64,000 nucleotides of DNA from a virus. Location: IMG/VR virus record IMGVR_UViG_3300028394_000040; one strand, written 5' to 3'. Below the pieces are notes generated by a model that ran no database searches, was not told the origin of the DNA, and saw only the letters and a list, made by a program, of their open reading frames with translations. Shown piece after piece: positions 42,594-52,722 of this stretch. The position numbers were made by a program, and so were the translations under genes. Each line of letters opens with the position of its first letter. Position 1 is the stretch's first letter.

Positions 42594-43652
42594 TTATTTA
42601 AAATAGCTTCTCCAGATTTTATTTGTTTTCTTTGTATATGATTTCAATAAGCATTGATTAACATAAACATTAGTACGAGGGTAATTATACGTATTAAGTA
42701 AAGTATCAAATATATCATTTGTATTAGTTTGACGTGTTGTAAACCAATGACTACTCCAAGGTATCTCAGGTGATGCTACTAACGGTATACCTTGTGACAC
42801 CATATCAGCTCCTACAATATTAAATGTTTCGTTAAAGGATACTTGCATTCCTATATCCATTTTAGAACATAATTCTAAAAATTCTTCTCGTGATGCCCAT
42901 TTATGAATTACTAACCTATGTCCTTTACTCTCCAATTGTTCAAATAAAGCAACTAAATTGTTAAATATGGGTTCGCCTTTTTGCTCTAACCTAAAGTTAA
43001 TATGAAAATTAAGCTTCTTATTAATTTTATCAGCTAATCCTACAGCAGCTATTGCCTGTATTAAATGGTTTTTTAATGGACGAACAGCACCAAAGCAAGC
43101 TATCTCAATACTATCTTTTGATTTATTTAACTTTTTAGATTTGTATTCTTGAGGGTAGTAATTAGGTAGGAATATTACTCGCTGTTTTTGCAATTTCTTA
43201 TTCCAGTCATTTTTATGACCTAGGTAAAATTGAATGTCTTTAGTTGTCTGTGGGGAATTACAAGCTACAACTACATTATCGTACTTACTATAGTTACCTA
43301 ACCAGTCCATTGCCATTCCTTCATTAGCTAAAAATGGCACTTCACTATGTAAACGGACTACCCATTTAACATTTGGATGTAACTTAGTTAGTACATCAAA
43401 CTTAGACGGAACTACCCATAGAGCTTCAATAATAACATGTGATGGTTTAAATTCAGTTACTTCCCGATCAATATCATTATTATCAGTTACAATTACCATT
43501 TTAGATTCTATATGATCTTTGTTAAGCATCTCATTCATAAAGAGAGCTGAGTTGTACAGGCCGGTGCTTAATCCTACGTGAGAATATTGTTCGGCTCCAT
43601 AATTTTCGTTGCGTTTTAAAATAAAGAGTACTTTATTTTTGTTGGGTTTCAT
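42594..43652 (-). CDS. GT-B glycosyltransferase-like protein (GT4-like)
   Basis: FGAVRPLKN, SFNETFNIVGAD and GIPLV motifs; TATTTATA upstream. Confidence 0.7.
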   Translation of the reverse strand: MKPNKNKVLFILKRNENYGAEQYSHVGLSTGLYNSALFMNEMLNKDHIESKMVIVTDNNDIDREVTEFKPSHVIIEALWVVPSKFDVLTKLHPNVKWVVRLHSEVPFLANEGMAMDWLGNYSKYDNVVVACNSPQTTKDIQFYLGHKNDWNKKLQKQRVIFLPNYYPQEYKSKKLNKSKDSIEIACFGAVRPLKNHLIQAIAAVGLADKINKKLNFHINFRLEQKGEPIFNNLVALFEQLESKGHRLVIHKWASREEFLELCSKMDIGMQVSFNETFNIVGADMVSQGIPLVASPEIPWSSHWFTTRQTNTNDIFDTLLNTYNYPRTNVYVNQCLLKSYTKKTNKIWRSYFK

Positions 43653-43712
43653 AAAAGGTTTGAATAGACATTATTATATAAATATCTATATCTGAACTGT
43701 CTTTTATGTTAA

Positions 43713-43904
43713 TTAATTTAATGATGGAGTCTTAATCTTAACTTCAAATTTATCACAAGTATGTTCCCGATGCTCGATAATCTTTGGCGGACTTGATAGT
43801 TTACAGCGAAGTCCTAAACCTAAGCCAACCATCCACATCATTTGTTCGCAATTAAAGCAAATTTTTCTACCTTCGTAAGAAGTAGCTTTTATCTTCTCAT
43901 CCAT
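43713..43904 (-). CDS. Small Cys-rich protein
   Basis: CFNC..C..C. Confidence 0.6.
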   Translation of the reverse strand: MDEKIKATSYEGRKICFNCEQMMWMVGLGLGLRCKLSSPPKIIEHREHTCDKFEVKIKTPSLN

Positions 43905-43907
43905 AAC

Positions 43908-44132
43908 TTATGATAATAATTTGTCTAAATCGATATTATATTCATTCATCATTTGAATAAATTTCTCTCTGTACTCATATGCTCCTTCATTACCGCCATG
44001 TTTATATTCCGATCGTAAATGCTGGTCATATTTCCACATCATTAGTACTAAATCCAATGACATGATAGCTCTTAAATGTGCTTGTTTATCTTCTGGGTCG
44101 TTTAAATCGAACGTTAGAGTTGCTGTTGCCAT
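43908..44132 (-). CDS. Conserved small phage protein
   Basis: ATLTFDLNDPED..DQHLR..KH motif. Confidence 0.7.
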   Translation of the reverse strand: MATATLTFDLNDPEDKQAHLRAIMSLDLVLMMWKYDQHLRSEYKHGGNEGAYEYREKFIQMMNEYNIDLDKLLS

Positions 44133-44133
44133 A

Positions 44134-44490
44134 TTATCTATCTAGTCTAACTTGCTCTTTGAAATCTTTTTCTACATCATAACTAAAATCTTCTCTTAAC
44201 ATAGCTATTCTAACTATTTTCTTATATGTAGCTGGGTCATAATCCTTAATGTAGCCTAACCCATACTGATAATGAAATATAATACTTTCATATCGTTTTT
44301 CTTTATTTTCCCATCCTTCTCTTTGTATTTCGTGTTCGGTAGTTAATGAGTCTATCACATTTTGTAACGAATCATCTTTACATACTGGAGACGCCGGCAT
44401 AGATTCCGGACTAACTTTTCTATAAGTAGCCGTCCACAAAACTGCTGATAATAAAGTAACTACTGTGATAATAGCGATTATTAGTTTCAT
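44134..44490 (-). CDS. Membrane-anchored coiled-coil protein
   Basis: N-terminal TM/signal; DSL motifs. Confidence 0.65.
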   Translation of the reverse strand: MKLIIAIITVVTLLSAVLWTATYRKVSPESMPASPVCKDDSLQNVIDSLTTEHEIQREGWENKEKRYESIIFHYQYGLGYIKDYDPATYKKIVRIAMLREDFSYDVEKDFKEQVRLDR

Positions 44491-44502
44491 ATTATAATTT
44501 AA

Positions 44503-44928
44503 TTAATTTTCTTCGTACCATTTTTCTACTATAAATTGAAGCTCTAAAATCTCAATTTTAGTATACTCTTTATTAACAAATGCAATTACTTTAAAACCTC
44601 CCGATTCTAGTACAAGAGGTATATCTTCTGTATTGTTATGTTTTTTAGACTTAGCGTATGTAATTGCAGTAAGGAGTTCTTTTTTAGCCTTACGTCTCAA
44701 TTCAACTACAGTTGGTATTTCAGAACCGTTTGTTGTTGCCCATTTCCATTTTAAAGCAGTCATAGCTTTATGAACCTTATTAAAATTAAAATTATTCATA
44801 ATGCTAGTAACTAATTGCTGTTCTGATTTTATAGGTTCTATACTGCTTATAGATGAATTTGCTATAATGCTGTTTTTGAATAATAATTTACCTATTACTA
44901 ATTTTATCTTATTTATTAAAGTTTTCAT
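44503..44928 (-). CDS. Conserved hypothetical protein
   Basis: IMNNFNFNKVHKAM..LKWKW..SGGF motif. Confidence 0.7.
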   Translation of the reverse strand: MKTLINKIKLVIGKLLFKNSIIANSSISSIEPIKSEQQLVTSIMNNFNFNKVHKAMTALKWKWATTNGSEIPTVVELRRKAKKELLTAITYAKSKKHNNTEDIPLVLESGGFKVIAFVNKEYTKIEILELQFIVEKWYEEN

Positions 44929-44964
44929 ACTAATTAGAAAGTTAAATTAATTACCAATTGCTGT

Positions 44965-45369
44965 TTATTTTAATATATCTAAAACCGATAAAAGTCCAAC
45001 ACTTCTCTGATCCTTGAACTGAGCTTCTTCACTGTCTACTAGTTCTCTAAGCTTGGTGTCAAACATTTTATGTAGCTTAACCATAACTTCATGACCTAAT
45101 TCTAAATGATAACTAAAATTATGATTTGTTATTTCTATAACATAACTAGATAAGACGATAAACATGCCCTTGTTTTCTAGCTTAATAATTCGTTTACTTT
45201 CTATGGGTGAATATAGTAACTTAGCAGAAGGATCTTTAACTGCTATTCTGAATATTGAAGATGCGGTACTGATTAATATTTTATCAGCAGAGTATTTGTC
45301 GCTGGTAACTAGCGGTGTTAATGATCGTGAATACCAAACTGCTAATCTTTTTTTATATCTTGATAACAT
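44965..45369 (-). CDS. Hypothetical protein
   Basis: 134 aa; TTTG-N19-TAAATTAA promoter at 45391-45421. Confidence 0.65.
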   Translation of the reverse strand: MLSRYKKRLAVWYSRSLTPLVTSDKYSADKILISTASSIFRIAVKDPSAKLLYSPIESKRIIKLENKGMFIVLSSYVIEITNHNFSYHLELGHEVMVKLHKMFDTKLRELVDSEEAQFKDQRSVGLLSVLDILK

Positions 45370-45421
45370 AACCTTTTATATTTTATAACCTTAATTTAAC
45401 TTTATAATTTTTTAAAACAAA

Positions 45422-46051
45422 CTATATATCTATTCTTATTTCAGCTAATGCTTTTACTGCCTCTACAGGCACTTTATTATTTTCGAAACCATCTGGTCTA
45501 GACTGATTATTTGAAAAAATAAACGCTATAACTCTTTTCTCTTTTTTAATATAAATAATTTTCCAGCAAGAAATAGGGACAGAAACAGTTCCTATCTTCT
45601 TAAGCTCACCAGAAGAGCCGCATATAACTCTTATGGAGTCTTTCTCTAATGCTAAATTACGGGTATACTCTTCTAAAGATTTCCAATCACCTCTGTTAAG
45701 AGACGGATACTGAGCAGTCATATTCGAAAAGTAGAAACTCTCTCTCATACTAACAGGGTCGCAAGCAGCATCAGCAGCATTATAATTATGACCCCTATCG
45801 AATCCTGAACCTGTATAGCTATCTTGAAGATTAGTTCCGGTTACAAATAATGGGTCTTGGATAAATTTATCAGTTCTCGGTACTTTTTTTACACAGCTTA
45901 ACATTTCTTTAGTAAGCCACCATTCTACCTTAACAGGATAGTTCTTGCTTTTACTATAATGAATAGTATATGCTTTATGTGGTAGAACTACTACGTCATT
46001 AAGCTGTACATACTGTAAAATTAAAAAAGTAAGAGAGACAATTAAATTCAT
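45422..46051 (-). CDS. DNA/RNA non-specific endonuclease (NucA/EndoG type), possibly exported
   Basis: YTGSGFDRGH, ESFYFSNMTAQ and LNRGDWKSLE motifs. Confidence 0.9.
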   Translation of the reverse strand: MNLIVSLTFLILQYVQLNDVVVLPHKAYTIHYSKSKNYPVKVEWWLTKEMLSCVKKVPRTDKFIQDPLFVTGTNLQDSYTGSGFDRGHNYNAADAACDPVSMRESFYFSNMTAQYPSLNRGDWKSLEEYTRNLALEKDSIRVICGSSGELKKIGTVSVPISCWKIIYIKKEKRVIAFIFSNNQSRPDGFENNKVPVEAVKALAEIRIDI

Positions 46052-46173
46052 TTAGAATATTTTTGCTTCATTGATTCCCAATAAGCTTGTTGTTTGCGAC
46101 CGTTTACAAAGAACCATCCGATATAAATATCGAAAATGTATGTGAGTGTTTCATTCAATTTTAAATTTTTCAT
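46048..46173 (-). CDS. Small hypothetical protein (41 aa; not in the ORF track)
   Basis: MKNLKLNETLTYIFDIYIGWFFVNGRKQQAYWESMKQKYSK; promoter TTTG-N19-TACCTTTA at 46198-46228. Confidence 0.6.
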   Translation of the reverse strand: MKNLKLNETLTYIFDIYIGWFFVNGRKQQAYWESMKQKYSK

Positions 46174-46228
46174 AACCATTTATTTTTAAGTGTGATGTAA
46201 AGGTATTATAATAAATTTAAAAAGCAAA

Positions 46229-46528
46229 CTAAATTCTATTTTTTTCTTGATGTATTAAATCATATACCTCCTTACATTGTTCATATAACTCGTCTCTAGT
46301 ATATGCATCTAAAATTCCCTCTAAAGTAAAAGACCACTGCTCTTTATCTAAAAAGAAATCAAATCTTACTCCAGGTTGATCATTTACTTCAAAAGCAAAT
46401 ACTTTTACTCTTTTATAATTCTTTAATAAACCTTTCCTAATAGCTTTAAGCATGTAGTTACATATTACTGTTTCACCATTACTTATTCTATCTTTAAAGT
46501 CATCAAAAGAATATGCTTGAAATACCAT
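46229..46528 (-). CDS. Hypothetical protein with a C-terminal UVR-like motif
   Basis: W..TL..ILDAYTRDELYEQC. Confidence 0.65.
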   Translation of the reverse strand: MVFQAYSFDDFKDRISNGETVICNYMLKAIRKGLLKNYKRVKVFAFEVNDQPGVRFDFFLDKEQWSFTLEGILDAYTRDELYEQCKEVYDLIHQEKNRI

Positions 46529-47176
46529 TTAAAATTTGCTTATAAATTCTGATCCTTCTTCTTTTTCTCTGTCAACTAATCCCAGACTTCTAAAATGTTC
46601 TAGGTAATAATCGTCTAACTCCCATTCTTGCTCCTGTACTCTTAAAGAAGGAGCCCCAAAGTCTTCTATACTCTTCTCTTGTTTCTTCGATAAAAAATCC
46701 CCTATGAACAAGAAATAACAATTATAACATAAAAACTCTAAATTATCTAAAGTCCAGTTAGTCTTGTTACCATCTCTGTAATTTAATAACAAAGGAGCTT
46801 TATGATCTAGAACTCTTGTTTCGTTAAAGCCGCATCTATTGCATTTACATTCAACTATTCCTTCGTAAATTAACCTAGCCTTAAGCTTATCTATGCTGTA
46901 AGATTCTAGATACATACCTTCTTTTAATAGGTCTGTCAATTTCGGCTCTCTACTATCTTCAAAAAATTTCTTTATTCCTTTCCCTGAAGCATTTTTATGT
47001 ACTTCGAAAAGAGTTTTACCTTCTTTAACATCGAAGTATAAACGAGCATAATGCCTATAAGTATAGTACCCAACATTTAATACTCTTGCTGCCGCTCTAT
47101 TACTCAAAGTACGACCCATAGCATATTTAATTTGCTGCTCTGTTAGATTAGCTGCTGTCCTACCTTTCTTCTTCAT
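46529..47176 (-). CDS. HTH plus degenerate HNH/Zn-finger protein
   Basis: SNRAAARVLNVGYYTY HTH; CNRC..LLLNYRDGNKTNWTLDNLEFLCYNC. Confidence 0.7.
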   Translation of the reverse strand: MKKKGRTAANLTEQQIKYAMGRTLSNRAAARVLNVGYYTYRHYARLYFDVKEGKTLFEVHKNASGKGIKKFFEDSREPKLTDLLKEGMYLESYSIDKLKARLIYEGIVECKCNRCGFNETRVLDHKAPLLLNYRDGNKTNWTLDNLEFLCYNCYFLFIGDFLSKKQEKSIEDFGAPSLRVQEQEWELDDYYLEHFRSLGLVDREKEEGSEFISKF

Positions 47177-47579
47177 CTAATAGTTTAGGGTTAAGGAAAA
47201 TTAAATAATTCCAGAGGTCTTCTGCGTTTTTAAGTTCAATAGTATTTCCGTCAGCGTCCTCAAATTTACATCCTGTTACTTCTTCGTCAACAGTTCTTTC
47301 ATTTATATAGAACGAAATTATCTCTCCACATTTGTACCCAAAGTGCATTAGTATTAAACCGTCTATGATAGCGTAATATGCATCTTCGAATGTAGACAGG
47401 TCTAGGTTAAGATCTAAAAATGCTAAATTAGACCTATTAGCAACTTTTTCTATATTAGTAACTATAGCTGTAAACAGCTCCTTTCTAGGAATTCGTTTTT
47501 TATTTATAACTACCTTAGTACTATCTACATTTAATATAGAATCAACTGTCTCCTTTATTGGATCTTGTAACCTTGTCAT
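47160..47579 (-). CDS. Hypothetical protein
   Basis: 139 aa. Confidence 0.65.
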   Translation of the reverse strand: MTRLQDPIKETVDSILNVDSTKVVINKKRIPRKELFTAIVTNIEKVANRSNLAFLDLNLDLSTFEDAYYAIIDGLILMHFGYKCGEIISFYINERTVDEEVTGCKFEDADGNTIELKNAEDLWNYLIFLNPKLLDEEER

Positions 47580-47910
47580 TTACTTTTTTAGTATTTAATT
47601 TATCTAGTAAAGTCGAAATTTCCATACATATTTCAAAATCATCTGCTTTAATATGAAAATCGATACAACTATTTAACGCTTGTGCCCAATCCTTTTTATC
47701 TATACCGTAAAAAACTTCTTTACCATTTAAACTAAATAGAGTCGCAACTTTCTTTTTAGAGGCATAAGCATCTTTTATCGATCTGAATGTCTCTGCTATA
47801 ACAAATTGTCTTACTTTATCGTCTTCTAGAATAGTTTTTCTAGTATTCTCGTTTATAGGGAATACATTTAAAATAGGGATCTTTCTACTTATTCTAGTTT
47901 GCTTTGCCAT
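47542..47910 (-). CDS. Hypothetical protein, paralog of 46229-46528
   Basis: IDKKDWAQALNSCIDFHIKADDFEIC. Confidence 0.65.
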   Translation of the reverse strand: MAKQTRISRKIPILNVFPINENTRKTILEDDKVRQFVIAETFRSIKDAYASKKKVATLFSLNGKEVFYGIDKKDWAQALNSCIDFHIKADDFEICMEISTLLDKLNTKKVNDKVTRSNKGDS

Positions 47911-48230
47911 TACTCTCCTCCTTTAAGAACTTTTTTCATTATAAATTCAGATACAGAACTTAGAGGCATTATAAAGCCTATAACCATAGGATCTTTTACC
48001 TCCGTATCTCTTTCAATTAGTAAATTAAAGTCTGCAAATCTTTTTTGAAGAGCCACTGCTATTTGATCAGCTTGAGTACTTAGTTTACGTATATCTATGT
48101 TCTGATTAGTAGGTTCAAATCGAATCTTAACTCCTCTTTTTGTGGGGTTAATATTTGTATCGAATACAACATTAAATTCTTCTCCTCCTAATGTAGCTTT
48201 GTATAAAGGCTTAGGTACTATTGATGCCAT
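47910..48230 (-). CDS. Conserved hypothetical protein
   Basis: FDTNINPTKRGVKI motif; TATTTATA at 48244-48251. Confidence 0.65.
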   Translation of the reverse strand: MASIVPKPLYKATLGGEEFNVVFDTNINPTKRGVKIRFEPTNQNIDIRKLSTQADQIAVALQKRFADFNLLIERDTEVKDPMVIGFIMPLSSVSEFIMKKVLKGGE

Positions 48231-48252
48231 GTCTGTCTTTTTATATAAATAG

Positions 48253-49434
48253 TTACAAGTTAATCAATTCATGCTCATATGTATCTAAAGCATAAATATT
48301 GATTTTAAAAATACCAACTTCGAATGTACCTATTTCCCCGGACTCTGCTAATATCTCAGGTAACTGAGTTATAATGTTAAAGCCTGACTGATCTAACTTA
48401 GCAGCATCAAATTCTACAACTATCTGATTATTAGGTTGGCTGTATTTGGTAACCTTAAGTTTGTTTTTGAGATTAAACTTAGTGTTTGGTTGCTCTAATC
48501 CACAATATTCAGCTTCTAGTACTCCCATTTCATCATCAGAGTATAAAGTACTACACCATGGTTCAAGTAATGTCATGGATTGCAAAGTAATATTCTTAAT
48601 TACAAAACCTATGTCATATTTATGAGGTACAATAGGCATTAAAAACTCATCATGCTTAACAAAATGTCCCCATTTACGAATAAAGTTTCTAGTAGACCTA
48701 GCATTTTGTTTTTCCCACTCATCAGAATTCTTACCAGGAGTAGTTAATGTAGGATTAAACCTACTTCCTCTACAAGTCATATGATAGATAGCAGCATCCC
48801 ATACCTGAACGAATGAATAACCTGCTAACAAGAAACGATTAAAGATATCACTATCCTCTTTTGATTGAGGAGCATATAATGGGTCGTGACCACCTATTGC
48901 TTGGAAGTCTTCTTTTAACAAAAACCAAGGAGCAAAGATACCTTCGGTAGTCTTATGTTCTACTCCAGGTTGATATTCTTCATACCATTTTAAAAACTCT
49001 TCTTCAGGAAAGTCTTCTGGTTCTGTTTTAAAATCCATTAATACTTTCTCTGGTCCAGGAGGATGTAAAGGTGGCTCTATACGAGTTAATGATACTATAT
49101 GTTTAGATCTTACTGTATCAACAATCTTCTCGACAGTACGAGGAGTCATATACATATCAGCATGGAAGATCCCTACTATGTCATTAGTAGCTACTTCGTT
49201 GATTAATGTATCGTATAAGATAGTATGACCTAAACGAGTAGGACCTTCATTACGAATAGCTTTGAAGTAAGGATCTACTTCCATCCTCTCTTTACACCAT
49301 TCCCAAGTACCGTCATTACTAAAATCATCTGCTACACAATACTCTACAGAAGCAGGAGCATTCTTCCTTACAGAAGCATAAGCCCATTTAAGGTACTTTA
49401 GATTATTTCTACTCGGCGATATTAAACTTATCAT
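48253..49434 (-). CDS. Glycosyltransferase family 2
   Basis: ADDFSNDGT, HADM, IGGHD and EDSD motifs. Confidence 0.9.
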   Translation of the reverse strand: MISLISPSRNNLKYLKWAYASVRKNAPASVEYCVADDFSNDGTWEWCKERMEVDPYFKAIRNEGPTRLGHTILYDTLINEVATNDIVGIFHADMYMTPRTVEKIVDTVRSKHIVSLTRIEPPLHPPGPEKVLMDFKTEPEDFPEEEFLKWYEEYQPGVEHKTTEGIFAPWFLLKEDFQAIGGHDPLYAPQSKEDSDIFNRFLLAGYSFVQVWDAAIYHMTCRGSRFNPTLTTPGKNSDEWEKQNARSTRNFIRKWGHFVKHDEFLMPIVPHKYDIGFVIKNITLQSMTLLEPWCSTLYSDDEMGVLEAEYCGLEQPNTKFNLKNKLKVTKYSQPNNQIVVEFDAAKLDQSGFNIITQLPEILAESGEIGTFEVGIFKINIYALDTYEHELINL

Positions 49435-50362
49435 AAAAATGTATTTTAAAACTCTCTTCGTTGTAAATGTTATTATAATTTGTTTTAGCTATTTCAGATT
49501 GGTCTTTATAAAAATCTTCATCAGTAACTAGCATTTGCATTCTACTCTTAGCTGCTTCTATGTCTCCCATCTCTACTGTTAAGTTAGGGTGTAAAACTTC
49601 TTGAGTATCTAAACCATAATAGCCAATATTAGGTATGCCTAAATATGCGCAATTAAGAGCGAAAGTACCAGCAGCTTGTGTAGGCATTAAATGAATAGCA
49701 TATTTAAATTTACTCAGTTCATAAATCCAATTTGTCCAATTAGTATAAGGAATATGAATAACTAACTGCTCTTCTCCTGGCTGTCTTCTTCCCATTGAGG
49801 TAGCATACACAGTAGGGAAGTACTGACTAGCAACTATAAAAGAGTCAAACCCTCCGTACCACTTAACAAAGTTTCCTCCAATTATAACTCCATCTCTTTT
49901 TTCACTAGGTATTAATTTAGAACTGTCTAAGGATGCTTCTATCATTGTCGATTTTAAAATACGAACATCACTATGATTAGTTAACCCTCTTAAATATTTC
50001 ATATCTTGATAGTTATGAGCAAATAAAATATCTACAGAGCATAACGTATTGTAGAACCAAACCTGTTGGTCTAAAGGATAGTCTTGGAAAAACCAGCTAG
50101 GTCCTTCCTGCATAATAGCTACCTTCTTACATATCGTACTTATCTTCTCTAAAGAATTCTTTGACATACAATATTCTATATTCTTCTTAGGAATAATCCA
50201 AATACCTAAATCGAACTTAGGTAAATCCTTTGGCCATTCTTGCATTAAAGGCAAATGAAAAGCTTCTAAAGCTATTTGCCAAGCCAGGTCTACTCTAGAA
50301 TTATCGAACTCACGAGTAATTTTTCCGATATAGTTACCTTCTGTAAAAAATGCTATATTCAT
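49409..50362 (-). CDS. GT-B glycosyltransferase-like protein
   Basis: AGTFALNCAYLGIPNIG C-terminal motif; cluster context. Confidence 0.65.
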   Translation of the reverse strand: MNIAFFTEGNYIGKITREFDNSRVDLAWQIALEAFHLPLMQEWPKDLPKFDLGIWIIPKKNIEYCMSKNSLEKISTICKKVAIMQEGPSWFFQDYPLDQQVWFYNTLCSVDILFAHNYQDMKYLRGLTNHSDVRILKSTMIEASLDSSKLIPSEKRDGVIIGGNFVKWYGGFDSFIVASQYFPTVYATSMGRRQPGEEQLVIHIPYTNWTNWIYELSKFKYAIHLMPTQAAGTFALNCAYLGIPNIGYYGLDTQEVLHPNLTVEMGDIEAAKSRMQMLVTDEDFYKDQSEIAKTNYNNIYNEESFKIHFYDKFNIAE

Positions 50363-51183
50363 TCTTTGTTAATTAGTTCCCAGTAATAGTCAAAATCTAA
50401 ATTACGTTGATTAAATGAGCCCCACATACTATGATAAAAAGCTTCTGTTAGTAATCGTGGATTAAAATCTTTCCAATCATCTATTATAAGCAACGGAAAA
50501 TACTTAGCTAGTTGTGTGGTTACATAACTCTTTGTTACTACCGGAATTGCATTCATGTATAAGGCCTCCCATGTACGATGGCAATCTATACCGTTACCAT
50601 TCGGGGATAAAACAAAACAGGAGCTTTGAAGCTTTTTAAGATATGTTGTCTGGGTAGAGAAGTAATTGGCTGTAGTAGATGTATCTAAATAGAAATCATT
50701 TTCTATCCCGAAGTTCTTAGCTACATCTATACATTTATTTCTTTCTAAAGGATTACTACCTGGATGTACATTTAAGTAATGTAATATAGTCTTGTGTCCT
50801 GGGTTAGCTCTTAATTCGTCGAATAGAGGCCATTTACAAAAGCGTTGATTTTCTATACCAATAGGAATAGGTATAACACCTTCGAAGTTACCATTTTGTG
50901 AAAACCATTTTGTACAGTCAGCTATAGGAGCAATAACTTCGTTATCACTGTTATGAGTAATTAAAGTTCTCCCTTCAGTATAATCTAATCCTGCTACATT
51001 AACTAAATGAGTAGCAGCGAAAAAGATTCCGTTATCTCCTCTTTCATAAAACATAATATCATTATGTTCTAACCTACCTACTAACTCTTGAGGTAGATCT
51101 AATTTACCATCTATACCTCTATAAACGAAATCTAGAACTGTACCTGCTTTATCTCTAAAAGAATCACCACAAATGTACTTCAT
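50359..51183 (-). CDS. Exostosin (GT47)-like glycosyltransferase
   Basis: FVLSPNGNGIDCHRTWEALYMNAIPVV. Confidence 0.8.
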   Translation of the reverse strand: MKYICGDSFRDKAGTVLDFVYRGIDGKLDLPQELVGRLEHNDIMFYERGDNGIFFAATHLVNVAGLDYTEGRTLITHNSDNEVIAPIADCTKWFSQNGNFEGVIPIPIGIENQRFCKWPLFDELRANPGHKTILHYLNVHPGSNPLERNKCIDVAKNFGIENDFYLDTSTTANYFSTQTTYLKKLQSSCFVLSPNGNGIDCHRTWEALYMNAIPVVTKSYVTTQLAKYFPLLIIDDWKDFNPRLLTEAFYHSMWGSFNQRNLDFDYYWELINKE

Positions 51184-51869
51184 AAGAATAAATCGCTTAT
51201 TGTTTTAAATTTAATATTACATTCTGTAGTCAGATTAATAAGCCAGGTTCGAAGATTATCATAGTTATCTTCATTCCAAACATTTTTATTCCAATCTCCA
51301 GCTATATGACTCTGAAACATTATATTATTATTACCATGCTGGTTAATATCGTTTTCGTTTATTCCATCAGCTCCAAATACCATTTTACATGGGTTCCATT
51401 CCATTCCATGATTATGTTCGTAATGAACTGCAGCCCAATGGAAATTATGCTTTAATTGTAATTGAGATTGTTGCGAGCAAAGCCAGCCTGGGTTCCTCCA
51501 GCCAACAGGTTTGTAATTTACTTTCTGCCATTCTGAATTCATTATAGCTATTCTATCTGTAATATCTCTTTCGTTTTGTAGGAAAGCAAATTCGCATTCT
51601 CCGTATAAGTTTCTATCAGGTGTCTCATGGAAGTGACCATGTGCTGCTAGTTCGAAATATCCTTTTGAAACCATCCAATCGATCCAGTCCTTATATTGAG
51701 AAATAGGATAGTTCATATGATAATTTGAAGGAATAAATAATGTAAACTTGGCTCCGAACTCTTTGTTTAAAGAATCTAGCATTCCCATTTGCCTATCTCC
51801 TTCTACACCCCAACCAGTTTCTGGATGGTTATCGTCTATCGATATTGTTAAGTTATATGTAGGTTTCAC
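51180..51869 (-). CDS. Polysaccharide deacetylase-like (NodB/DUF2334) protein
   Basis: ISIDD, TLFIP, ELAAHGHFH and GWRNPGW motifs. Confidence 0.75.
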   Translation of the reverse strand: MKPTYNLTISIDDNHPETGWGVEGDRQMGMLDSLNKEFGAKFTLFIPSNYHMNYPISQYKDWIDWMVSKGYFELAAHGHFHETPDRNLYGECEFAFLQNERDITDRIAIMNSEWQKVNYKPVGWRNPGWLCSQQSQLQLKHNFHWAAVHYEHNHGMEWNPCKMVFGADGINENDINQHGNNNIMFQSHIAGDWNKNVWNEDNYDNLRTWLINLTTECNIKFKTISDLFL

Positions 51870-52722
51870 ATTTAATATAGTTACCGTTTGATGATATGTC
51901 TTCTAAGCTAGGAGTAGCGATAGTATAAACCTTACTATACCTGGCTACTATGTCCATTACTCCTGATATAAATCCTACATTGAATACTGCATTACACCTA
52001 ATGTTTGTTTGGAGTCTTATGTCTCCCAACTTACTTAGATCTCCTAACGTGCAATATTTCTCAAAGGGTGTTTCATTTATTGGAATCGAACTGTAGTAAT
52101 ATAAAGGTAAGTTATACTCCTGTAAAATGCCAAGTATTTTAGAAAAATATTCCTCTCTATTAACATTTATTTCTTCAGGTTTATTAGGTATAAGAAGACA
52201 GCCATACTTTGCTCCTTCAGTTATAGTTAACCTCTCTATTTCCTCTTGAGAATCAAAGTATAACTCAGGGCATGAATCTTCAATTTCAGAATCTTGAAAC
52301 CCGTATACCTTTAACATCTGTTCTGGAAGAGGTATATAAATGTTATCTTCGTCGTATACTCTATAATGATCTGTAAATACTTCTCCAGGAATACTATCTA
52401 CTACTCCATCAATATAAGGATTATTCTTAAATATTAATCCAGGATTTAAAAAAGGATCATTCCAATTTCCCCATTGAGATGGATTAAATAACTTACTTAG
52501 TAATTCTCTACTAGGATAAGCTACTTTAGCGTTTGGATACTTCTCTTTAATAAGACGAGGCATAGCTGATACTATACCCCAGTCCCCTATCCCATGACAA
52601 GTTCTAAATATAATAAAGATTTCTTTACTGAATTCAGATATAGGAGAGATTTTGTTGAAACCTAGTCTAGGTACTTCTCCCCCGCTATATAGCTTATCAT
52701 CTATAATTCTAAAGAATATCAT
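51853..52722 (-). CDS. GT9 (heptosyltransferase)-like glycosyltransferase
   Basis: HGIGD..SAMPRLIKEKYPNAK, FKNNPYID and GFISGVMDI motifs. Confidence 0.65.
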   Translation of the reverse strand: MIFFRIIDDKLYSGGEVPRLGFNKISPISEFSKEIFIIFRTCHGIGDWGIVSAMPRLIKEKYPNAKVAYPSRELLSKLFNPSQWGNWNDPFLNPGLIFKNNPYIDGVVDSIPGEVFTDHYRVYDEDNIYIPLPEQMLKVYGFQDSEIEDSCPELYFDSQEEIERLTITEGAKYGCLLIPNKPEEINVNREEYFSKILGILQEYNLPLYYYSSIPINETPFEKYCTLGDLSKLGDIRLQTNIRCNAVFNVGFISGVMDIVARYSKVYTIATPSLEDISSNGNYIKCETYI

